Positions 10,137-20,000 of a stretch of DNA of 20,000 nt are shown here, piece after piece; the stretch's first letter is position 1, and each line of letters opens with the position of its first letter. The stretch is from assembly GCA_016618085.1 (NCBI GenBank), contig JABLTG010000114.1, positions 45,374 through 65,373 of the forward strand. The letters run 5' to 3'. The position numbers and the translations under genes were made by a program. Below the pieces are notes generated by a model. It was given only the letters and a program-made list of their open reading frames with translations, was not told where the DNA came from and made no database searches. Source of the DNA: Neovahlkampfia damariscottae (Eukaryota).

Positions 10137-11309
10137 TTATTTAATTTTAAATGAAATATCAACCAATAATTGCATTCTGTTGAACTTTTCAACCGGCATA
10201 TATCGTCCAATAATACCTGAATGAATTGAATAAAAAAAATAAAAATTCAAATGAGATGTTGGGACATATGGATAAATATCAAGATATGAAGAAGCATGTT
10301 TCAAAGCAGTACTAATTATATCTTCATTATTTTGTAATTTCCAAGAACAGTGTTTGAAAGATGAACCATTTTGTTTCATACATTCCAAAACAATTTCTTC
10401 ATCATTTTGATGTTTCAATGAAACATGTTCCAAAATGAAACCATTAATTTTTGCTGACTTTAAAACAATTTCATAATCACTTTTATCTTTTAAAAAATAG
10501 AAAGCTCGAGAAAAAGTTTTCATTGAAATGAAAACCAATTCATCATTAATTATTGTTTTTGGAAGATATTTCAGTAGAGTTCCATTGGAATCTAATGCAA
10601 TAGAAATCACATCTAGATTGTTTCTGAGTTCTTCACTTGGTATTGATAAATAATTTAAACCATTTTTTTTAAGTGATTTGCGAATGATTTCTTTATCTGT
10701 CTTCAATCTTTCTGATAAATATTTGAAACTTAGAGGGTCAGAATCAATTGCTATTTTAGCAATACATTCATTATCTTTTATAGATTCCGAAGCAAATTGA
10801 ATTGATATTCCATTTTGTTGTACTGCTTTTTCAACAATTTCATAATCATCTTGCAAAGAAGCATCTAAGTACTCAAGTAACATTCCATCAAAACAAACGA
10901 CACTGGAGCCAATTTGTTCATCTATTTTGAGTTCTTGTGAGGCATATATGATTGAACTAGGATTTCTTGAAATTGCTATTCTCATTAATAAATCATCTTG
11001 TTGTAAATTTTCAGTAGCGTATTTGATTAAAATTCCATCTTTTAAAATCATTTTTCTCATAAATATGAGGTCAGATTTTAAAATATCTGAAGCATATGAT
11101 AAAGAATTAATATTTTGATTCACTGCTAATTCAACAATTCTTGAATTTGCTTGAAGTTTCTCAGAAGTAAATTCCAAAGCTAGTCCGTTTTGTTTGACAG
11201 CAATTTCAACCAGTTCTTCGTCATCCATTGCAGTGGGTATAAATTGTAATTTATAACCATTTTTTCTCAGTACTGCAGCATACTGTTCTTTCTTTTCATC
11301 GTCTATCAT
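10137..11309 (-). CDS. DUF4116-repeat protein (~390 aa)
   Basis: Repeated D.EIV..AVKQNG.AL.(F/Y)ASE.L units. The first ATG is at 11309 (MIDDEKKEQ), with a CCAAT box upstream. Confidence 0.88.
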   Translation of the reverse strand: MIDDEKKEQYAAVLRKNGYKLQFIPTAMDDEELVEIAVKQNGLALEFTSEKLQANSRIVELAVNQNINSLSYASDILKSDLIFMRKMILKDGILIKYATENLQQDDLLMRIAISRNPSSIIYASQELKIDEQIGSSVVCFDGMLLEYLDASLQDDYEIVEKAVQQNGISIQFASESIKDNECIAKIAIDSDPLSFKYLSERLKTDKEIIRKSLKKNGLNYLSIPSEELRNNLDVISIALDSNGTLLKYLPKTIINDELVFISMKTFSRAFYFLKDKSDYEIVLKSAKINGFILEHVSLKHQNDEEIVLECMKQNGSSFKHCSWKLQNNEDIISTALKHASSYLDIYPYVPTSHLNFYFFYSIHSGIIGRYMPVEKFNRMQLLVDISFKIK

Positions 11310-11405
11310 TTTTGAAACAAAAAAAATCAATAAATTTGACCAATTGAAAACTTTCACTTAAAATAAAAAGAATATCAACTGAATGATGATTTATTCAAAA
11401 TTTAT

Positions 11406-11885
11406 TTACAAAATAATTTTTTCCATTTTATATGCGTCATGAGATTTCACATTGGTCAATTGATCACCATAATAATCCTTCATTAATTCTACAACTTTAA
11501 AACCAATCTTTTTATAAAATTTAATTCCAGATTCATTATCAAGATGAACATTCAATGTCAACTTCTCTTTTCCATTTAATTTTGCAAAATCAACACTTTT
11601 ATCAATTAATCTACTTCCAATTTTTCTTCTTCGATATTTTTCATAAACTCCGAAACTTATAATATGAAATTTTGATTTGTCATTTGGAAAACTTCCAATG
11701 AGATAACCAACAAACTTTTGATTTTTTGTTTCTGCTATGAAAATTCTCATTGAAGGAGACAACAAAAAACAAAATATTTCAAAGAAACCATAATATAAAG
11801 GTAAACAAGCTTGATTACAATCACTTATTGAAAAGGTATCAGAAAAATAAGCTTCTCTAATTATTATTTCCTCTTCTTCGGTCAT
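11406..11885 (-). CDS. GNAT N-acetyltransferase (RimI/NAA10-NAA50-like), ~159 aa
   Basis: Motif A V.EKYRRRKIGSRL; LNVHLDNESGIKFYKKIGF…DYY. Likely start is MTEEEE at 11885, because the longer ORF start overlaps the divergent kinase gene. Confidence 0.88.
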   Translation of the reverse strand: MTEEEEIIIREAYFSDTFSISDCNQACLPLYYGFFEIFCFLLSPSMRIFIAETKNQKFVGYLIGSFPNDKSKFHIISFGVYEKYRRRKIGSRLIDKSVDFAKLNGKEKLTLNVHLDNESGIKFYKKIGFKVVELMKDYYGDQLTNVKSHDAYKMEKIIL

Positions 11886-11932
11886 TGAAATAACAACAAG
11901 TTTTGATTGGTAAGTTTTTTTGAAGCTGAAGA
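11886..11932. promoter_or_regulatory. 47-nt bidirectional promoter (GNAT / STE20 kinase) with a central CCAAT box
   Basis: Divergent ATGs at 11885 and 11933; TGATTGGT with ATTGG at 11906-11910. Confidence 0.6.
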
Positions 11933-13709
<1,777 letters not shown>

Positions 13710-13720
13710 AAGAATAAAAT

Positions 13721-14589
13721 TTATTGTGTTTTTTTATCATCAACTTTAATTGTTTTTTTAACATGGTCTGGAATCCAATCTTCATTTACTTCAGATGATT
13801 CTTCTTGAGCAACTGCTTCAACTTTTTTACTTTTTCCAAATTTCTTTGATAAAGTTGATGTACGGAACATGATTAAAAGAATATAACCAACAACACTCAT
13901 GATAACTGCTAAAGCAATATATGAACCAATTCTGTGTGAAAAAAAATGTTAGGTTTTAAATTTCTTTTTTTTTTACTGTCTTGGGTCAAAAACTTCTTCT
14001 GCTTCAACAAAAGTAACAGTTTGATTGAAGAATGTAGTAGCAAATGTGTCATTATCTGGGTTTGTATAGAAAACATCAATTACAATACCAAATTCACGTA
14101 AATCAACATTTTTGTCTGGTCTGAAACGATATAATAAAGTATTTGATTCATCAGGTTCAACTGTTACGTTATATGCAAAACCTGTAAAATTTTGAAGTAA
14201 ATAAGTCCAGTCCATTGGTGAAACAATATGACCTCTGATATATTGAATTTTGAATGGTTTATCACCTGTATTTTCAAATCCTAATAAAACATCGGACCAT
14301 GATCCAACAGCGAATTCTTGAGTTTTAAAATTTTTGTTTTTTTTTATTTACTGTTTTCTGTATTTTTTGGAAAATAAAATGAGGATGAAACGTCTGGTGA
14401 TGCAAAAAATCCAGAAAGTGTTGGTTCTGGTTCTGGAACTGGTTCTTCTCCAGCTGTATCTGGTTCATCTGGATCTGCTGCAAGTTTTTCTTCTTGTTTT
14501 GCTAATTTTTCGTCTTTTACTTCTTCAGCTAATGCAATACAAAATAAAAGAGCAAAACATAAATAAATGAAAAGAGTTGATGTTTTCAT
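13721..14589 (-). CDS. SSR1: Translocon-associated protein alpha (TRAP-alpha), ~262 aa; exons 14589-14352, 14316-13977, 13931-13721
   Basis: Signal peptide, acidic N-terminus, LLGFENTG…YLLQNFT…LLYRFRP…FFNQTVTFVE, one TM helix, and a cytosolic tail with DWIP. Introns 14317-14351 and 13932-13976. Confidence 0.92.
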
Positions 14590-14700
14590 CTTTCACAAAA
14601 TTATTGTTTTAACGTGGGCCAATCAAATGAAGCCAACGAATAAAATTTTAAACCAATCATTGGAAAATACGTGTCAACAAAAAACAGGGCAAGAAATTTT

Positions 14701-15321
14701 TTATTCATTTTTACAAGCTTCTTCAACGTGTTGTGTTTCTTCAACAGATATTTTAGTATTACCCAAATTTATTAAAAAATAAGGAAAAAGACCTTTTATG
14801 TCCGTCAAATTCATGTATGAATACTCAACATCATCGCCAGCTTGTTTCATTGCTCTAACATTGAATGGTAAATCACATCTAATATTATTCTTTTTTGTAA
14901 CTTCATCAGATTTATAATCAGTTGAAGCATCAATCATCACAATTGTTCCGTCTTCCAAAGTCATTCGTTTTCTTTCAACTAAAAAATCTCGATTGGATAC
15001 AAGACCACCTAAAGAATATTCCCAGTATTGAACATTATGATTTTCATCAAATGTTTCAACATATTTTCCACCTACGTATGTATTATTCCATTCACCATGT
15101 CTTTCAATCATTTTTTCATGTAAAAGTTGGTTCAATGATTCTGTTTTACAATTTTTGAAAATCTTTCTAACTTTTGTTGCCAATAATGATGTATGAAATT
15201 GTGTAAGTTTTTGGAAGACTTTTATTCCTCCTGTTTCTTTGACAAATTTCCAGTCCTTATCATCTTTTAATTCTGTGAGCATTTGTTCAATAAATTGTTT
15301 TGGTAATTTTGTGTTTTTCAT
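14701..15321 (-). CDS. START-domain lipid-transfer protein (~206 aa)
   Basis: DWKFVKETGGIKVF…RHGEWN…VSNRDFL…TDIKGLFPYFLIN. The first ATG is at 15321; the ORF track start is a TTG. Confidence 0.88.
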   Translation of the reverse strand: MKNTKLPKQFIEQMLTELKDDKDWKFVKETGGIKVFQKLTQFHTSLLATKVRKIFKNCKTESLNQLLHEKMIERHGEWNNTYVGGKYVETFDENHNVQYWEYSLGGLVSNRDFLVERKRMTLEDGTIVMIDASTDYKSDEVTKKNNIRCDLPFNVRAMKQAGDDVEYSYMNLTDIKGLFPYFLINLGNTKISVEETQHVEEACKNE

Positions 15322-15522
15322 GGTTGGTTGTTGGTTGATGATCAAATCTCCTACATGCTTTATAATCAATTTGACCAACCAAAAAAATTCCTTATTTCTC
15401 CGAATCGGAGGTTTGAGGATGATTTGATTTTTTTTTAGTTATTTTTATTTTTTTATGGTTGTAAAATACCAATGAAATGATTGGTTGAAAAAGAAACTTA
15501 AAAACGTCAACAACTTGAAGAA

Positions 15523-16035
15523 ATGGGCCAAGTGGAAGCAAAAGAAATTCCAGTAATTTTATTAGGTCTACAAGGTGTTGGTAAATCAAATTATTTACAT
15601 TGCTTAAAAAACGGTGAATTAACCGAAGCTATACCAACACTTGGTTTTTTACGTGAAGAAATTGAATATAAAGACCATTTATACCAATTTTGGGAAATAG
15701 GAGGCGATTCTTCATTGCGAGATAAATGGCAAGACTTTTTTGAAAATAAACAGGCTGTAATTTTTATGATTGATTCTTCAAATTTGGATACAATGGAAGA
15801 AGCACATAATGAACTTCAGAAATTAATGAAAAATGATATTTTAAAAGATTTACCATTTTTAATACTCGCAAATAAACAAGATATGGAAAATGTTATGGGT
15901 ATCTCAGAACTCAATGATTTACTTGAGTTAAATGATTTTGAAGGTCTTTGTGCTATCAAACCGTGCAGTGTTAAAAATAATTCTGGGTTAATGGAAGGTT
16001 TAGAATGGTTACATTATCAACTGAGCAAAAAATAA
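15523..16035 (+). CDS. ARF/ARL-family small GTPase, 170 aa
   Basis: MG myristoylation start, GLQGVGKS (G1), IPTLGF (G2), WEIGGD (G3 variant), LANKQD (G4), CSV (G5). Confidence 0.93.
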   Translation: MGQVEAKEIPVILLGLQGVGKSNYLHCLKNGELTEAIPTLGFLREEIEYKDHLYQFWEIGGDSSLRDKWQDFFENKQAVIFMIDSSNLDTMEEAHNELQKLMKNDILKDLPFLILANKQDMENVMGISELNDLLELNDFEGLCAIKPCSVKNNSGLMEGLEWLHYQLSKK

Positions 16036-16046
16036 AAAACATATTT

Positions 16047-16968
16047 TTAATTATTTTGTATTACTATTTTCTTATCTAAAAGTACAGCACTGATTGGATA
16101 ACTATCAATACCACCAGATGTGTCACACATGATTCTATTCTTCAAAAATTGAACTTTATCAACCATAACATGTCCTGAACAAACTGTTTTCTTGGTTTCT
16201 GGATGACAGTAATCAATGTTTCTAGCACTTAAAGATAAATTATAAGGTATCATTGAATTCTTTTCCATTAAATCCTTCATTTGTTGATCAAAATTTATAC
16301 TTTTCTCTAATCCAGCATGGACAAAAATATATTTCGAATTCTCCAATACCCAAGGCATTTCTCTGATGAAATCTTTATGTTCTTCTGGTACTGCTTTCAA
16401 AAAAGCTTCATAGTCACCATGTTCGCAGCCATAACTTGAAAATGTTGTTTCAGAATTGTAAATATGTTTTCCATATCTTCTTCCTTGTAAATGCATGTTT
16501 TTCAGAATTTCTTTTTCTTCTTCATTCTCTTCATCACCCCATAGTTGAGATATTTTTACTTTTGAGTTATTTTCCCATGTTTCTTTAAATAAATGTCCTT
16601 CTGGTGCTTTCCATAAACCTAAAAAATGTCCAAAAGCAAAGTCATGATTTCCCAAAACAAAAAATGTTGTATTTTCTTTTCTACTCTTTTTTAAATCAAT
16701 CAAGTACTGTAAAGTATCTTTTGAATATTCTCCTCTATAATAAAAAATAAATCAATGAAGATATTTTTTCTTACCTGTCAACATAATCACCTAAAAAAAC
16801 TAAATTATAACACTCTAAATAATCCTTTAAATTTTTCATCAATGACTTCAATTCATTGAGATTTCCATGTAAATCACCAATAATTATTGTGTTTTCATCT
16901 GGTATTTGATGTTTTTTGAAAATTTCTTGGTCAACATTTTCAATGTTTTTCTCGTTTGTTTTTCCCAT
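16047..16968 (-). CDS. RLPH: Rhizobiales-like PPP metallophosphatase (RLPH), ~293 aa; exons 16968-16775, 16734-16047
   Basis: GDLHG, GDYVDR|G, GNHD, VHAG and SGH motifs, plus RLPH-type GNHDFAF..FLG, HLQGRR, TFSSYG..HG, KAVPEEHK.F. Intron 16735-16774. Confidence 0.85.
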
Positions 16969-17030
16969 TTCAAAAAATTGATTGGTGCTCTTCTGAGAAA
17001 AAGAAAAAGAAAAAAAAATAAAGTTACATT

Positions 17031-17621
17031 TTAATACTTTCCTTGTTTTTTTAATCCATCAAAAACTTTTGATTTTTCTGATTTCATTTGTGATTTAAGA
17101 ACTTTTGTTGCTTCTAAAATTGAACCAACAACTTTATGACGAAGTGAGTCCACTTCTTTTTTAGCTTTTTTATATAAATTATGTACTTTGAGTGTAATAG
17201 CTCTGAGGAATTTTCCTATACTTGAAACACCTTTTCCTGCGAGTTTTTTGAAGGATTTTACTGTTCTTTTGACTTTGGATGCGAATGATTTACCAGCTTT
17301 TTTGGCAGCAGATGCGGCTTTCTTTGCTGCTGCGGCTATCTTTTTTGCTCTTTTTAAGGCTGCTCTTTTAAGTCTTTTCGCTTTATCAGCTGCTCTTCTA
17401 GCTGCTCTGGAAACTGATCTTACAGCCCTTCTGAAAAATCTTCTTGCACCCCATAAAACTTGTCCTTCAAGAAGTTGAGCGTCTTCTAAATCACCAACAT
17501 TTTGAAGGTATTCATCTTCTTCTAATTTTTCAGCTGATAAATCAGATTCTTGAGCAATAGTGGATCCAACAAAAAATAAAATAATGAAAAGAGTTGCGAA
17601 CAACAAGTACGACTTTCTCAT
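17031..17621 (-). CDS. Secreted prepro-type cationic amphipathic protein A, 196 aa (antimicrobial-peptide-precursor-like architecture)
   Basis: Hydrophobic signal peptide ending STIA, acidic segment, then QLLEGQVLWGARRFFRR and a long K/R/A-rich helix; paralog at 19224-19670. Confidence 0.8.
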   Translation of the reverse strand: MRKSYLLFATLFIILFFVGSTIAQESDLSAEKLEEDEYLQNVGDLEDAQLLEGQVLWGARRFFRRAVRSVSRAARRAADKAKRLKRAALKRAKKIAAAAKKAASAAKKAGKSFASKVKRTVKSFKKLAGKGVSSIGKFLRAITLKVHNLYKKAKKEVDSLRHKVVGSILEATKVLKSQMKSEKSKVFDGLKKQGKY

Positions 17622-17685
17622 TTTAGTCTGTTTTAAATGATTGGTTGGTCAGAAATAGACAAATCAATTTGCTTTTGGAAAAAGA
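17622..17685. promoter_or_regulatory. 64-nt bidirectional promoter (cationic protein A / Vps62-like protein) with a CCAAT box
   Basis: Divergent ATGs at 17621 and 17686; TGATTGGTTGGTCA at 17638-17651. Confidence 0.6.
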
Positions 17686-18988
17686 ATGAAGTTTTTTTTA
17701 GCTGTGCTCTTAGTACTCATCGTTTTTGCCCAAGCAGCAATAAAACCAGAAACCCACAAGAAAGAATTTGATGCTGCATTGAAAAAGTTCAGTCCAATTA
17801 TTTATATTCATAAAAATGAAAAATTCTTTCCAACTCCTTTAGATCACAGTTGCAAAAACACTTTTACAAATGTACCAAATTCTGAACTTTTGAAAAAATC
17901 AACAAAAGTACATTTAGATAACTATGGCTACCGTAAATTTGACAACAACGCACCTTTGTATGTAAAAGTAAAACAATCCAAACATGATAAGAACAAATGG
18001 TGGTTTATTTATGCTATTTGGCAAGCTTTTAATGATTGTGGCCCAGATGCTAGACTTACAGCTACTATTGGAGGAATTGGTCTAAAAAACGATAAAATTC
18101 CACTTTGTCCTGGAGGTGTACATGAAGGTGATTGGGAACATGTCACTGTAGAAGTTGATTCAACATTATCAACTATTTCAAGAGTTTATATTGCTTATCA
18201 TTCATTTGGAAGATGGTATAAACCTTCACAACTTCATATGGAAGCTGGTCATCCAACTGCTTATATGGCAAAAGGTTCTCATGCTTTATACAGAAAACCT
18301 GGTGCAGTTAAATACATGGAACTCTTTAAAGAAAAAACTTCTCAAAAAATTCTTCCATGGTAAAGAAATACAAACTTTAACTTTTAAAGTGGAATTAAAC
18401 TTTGTAAAAAAAGTATTCCTTGTAATGTAAAATTCTGTTCCAAAAAATATTGGGGTGTCAAAGTTTATTACCCTTGTGGAATTAAAAAATGTTCAAAAAA
18501 AATTCCTTGGTAACAAATACAAAAAGTTACTAAATTTATTTCAAAGTGGAGTTAAATTATGTAATCTTCGTTTAGAAACAAGTGGATATTTTCAAGATTA
18601 TCCACCAAAAAGTCGTTCTTCAAAACATTCTTATAGATGGCATACATCAAACATTAAATGGGTAATGACAGAAGATATGCAAAATGATAAAAATTCTGTT
18701 TTCTATAGTCTCTTAACTGGTGTTAGTGATGTAGAAAGAAAAATGTCAGTTTTTGTTGGAAGAGGTGGTCAAGATATTATAAATGATGGATGGAGAAAGT
18801 TTGAAAAATATATTCTTGCAATTACTTGGCCAGTTAGAAAACTCAAATCAAGTGCTGATAAGAAGATTAAAGGTTTTCTTGAAAAAATGGGAGGTGAATA
18901 TGAATCAACTGCTTCATCAGGACTTGGTCAAAAATCATGGTTTGAAAAAGATGGTGAAGATAAAGATGCATTTAGTACAGATATTTAA
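17686..18988 (+). CDS. Secreted Vps62/DUF946-like (HEGDWEH) protein with Cys/Lys-rich PCGxKxC insert, ~411 aa; exons 17686-18359, 18390-18509, 18547-18988
   Basis: Signal peptide MKFFLAVLLVLIVFAQA; FSPIIYIHKNEKFFP, HEGDWEHVTV, PTAYMAKGSHALY. Introns 18360-18389 and 18510-18546 join the ORF fragments; spliced length 1236 nt. Confidence 0.8.
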
Positions 18989-19223
18989 TAAACACTTGTC
19001 TTTTTAATCATTGCAATATGAAATATTTATTATGAAGAAAGATGATTTGTCTGGTAGTTAACAAAGCAGCAACTTGTAGAGCGCTCCTTGACCTAGTCCA
19101 AAGAGTTGTTTCGTGTGGAACTCAAAATGTTCGATTTATGGTTGTAAATATAAGTTTAAACAATCAATACATCAGTGTCCAACTAAAACTTCCAGAATTC
19201 AATTTTTTAAATTAAAAATTGTT

Positions 19224-19670
19224 TTATTTTAATTTTGGTGCAGCGACAAGTGTTACTTTAGCTTTGTGACGAACATTATTGAGTTCATTGATTGCTTTAT
19301 TTGCTAAACTTGTGATGGCTTTTTTTCCAGCATTAAGTCCACTTTTTACTCCAGAATAACCTCCTTTTGCAATATTTTTGAATTTACCTGCTGTTTTGGT
19401 GACTTTTTTGCTTAATTTCTTTGCTGCTGAAACACCTCTACGAACAGTACGACGAACTGTTCTTTTTACTCTTCTGAAGAATCTTCTGACACCCCAAAGA
19501 ACTTGTCCTTCAAGAAGTTGAGTATTTTCTAAAGTTTCTGGATCATAAGTTAAGACTGAGTTTTTGTCATCAAGTTCAAATTCCTCTTCTGAAAGTAATG
19601 AAGTTTTAGCATGAGCTGTGATAAATATACAAAGAAGAGCAACCACGAGTATGTTTGTCCACTTCATCAT
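19224..19670 (-). CDS. Secreted prepro-type cationic amphipathic protein B, 148 aa (paralog of 17031-17621)
   Basis: Signal peptide ending TAHA, acidic propiece, QLLEGQVLWGVRRFFRR, cationic helix; late KAINELNNVRHK aligns with KAKKEVDSLRHK of A. Confidence 0.8.
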   Translation of the reverse strand: MMKWTNILVVALLCIFITAHAKTSLLSEEEFELDDKNSVLTYDPETLENTQLLEGQVLWGVRRFFRRVKRTVRRTVRRGVSAAKKLSKKVTKTAGKFKNIAKGGYSGVKSGLNAGKKAITSLANKAINELNNVRHKAKVTLVAAPKLK

Positions 19671-20000
19671 AAAAAAATGGAATAGTTTGATTGGTCAATT
19701 ATTCAGCAGAGTATTTAAAATAAGGTCAAAGGTCAGCAGTTCTTTAATATTATTTTTGAAGCAAAAAAAAACTTGTGTTTGATTTTCCTCCGAATCTGAT
19801 GGATTCGGTGTATTTCCAGGAGAACTGCCCGAAGGGAAAGTTACAATCAACATCCAAGATACAAAATGTTGTGAGTAGTAGTGGTGAAAAGTCCGGACGG
19901 CGATTTAACTTTTTTTAATTTTCAACCCCCAAGGAAGTTAAAAAAGATCATTTTCGCGGATTTTTTATTTTTTTTGACCAAATCCCCCGTTATCCCCTGA

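Noticed and set aside
15322..15378. TTG-initiated extension of the START ORF (similarly the non-ATG starts at 3810 and 11357)
   Set aside because: These are prokaryote-style start calls in a eukaryotic locus; downstream ATGs give complete domains and the extensions cover promoter or UTR sequence.
17031..17430. Histone H1-like or LEA-like call for the AAKKA-rich region
   Set aside because: The signal peptide, acidic propiece and conserved WGxRRFFRR junction shared with the paralog do not fit a nuclear H1; the similarity is only compositional.
19723..19735. AGGTCAAAGGTCA, a perfect DR1 nuclear-receptor element upstream of cationic protein B
   Set aside because: Nuclear receptors are animal-specific and this is a single occurrence in a protist-like genome; treated as coincidence.
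19790..19845. CTGATG…GAAA resembling a hammerhead ribozyme core; minus-strand CTTGGATG…CCTGGAAATAC resembling 5S rRNA
   Set aside because: The core is CUGAUGG rather than CUGANGA and is buried in a hairpin; the 5S-like words have the wrong spacing and the rest of 5S is absent.

Overview
Very AT-rich, extremely gene-dense eukaryotic DNA from a protist (standard code). A heterolobosean/Naegleria-like amoeba is inferred from the DUF4116 and RLPH genes but is not proven. I reconstructed 17 protein genes (one partial) and 22 tiny GT-AG introns of 29-49 nt; several genes or exons are missed or fragmented by the ORF track. In order: 3' end of an ALYREF/CHTOP-like gene, STE20/OSR1-like pseudokinase with 11 RFx[V/I] motifs, RPS29, large C2 + repeat + EF-hand protein, membrane-anchored eEF1B-gamma-like protein, SmG, CHZ-motif/SUKH-like protein, DUF4116 protein, GNAT, 10-intron GCK-III STE20 kinase (with a 3-nt micro-exon), TRAP-alpha, START protein, ARF-like GTPase and RLPH phosphatase. 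The window ends with a secreted-protein cluster at 17.0-19.7 kb: two paralogous signal peptide + acidic propiece + cationic amphipathic helix precursors flank a secreted Vps62/NPP1-like HEGDWEH protein carrying an exon-encoded Cys/Lys hairpin. This cluster is the best candidate for an undescribed system, possibly antimicrobial or prey-killing. Nearly all 5' intergenic regions carry a CCAAT box. Family assignments are from motif recognition only; no searches were run.
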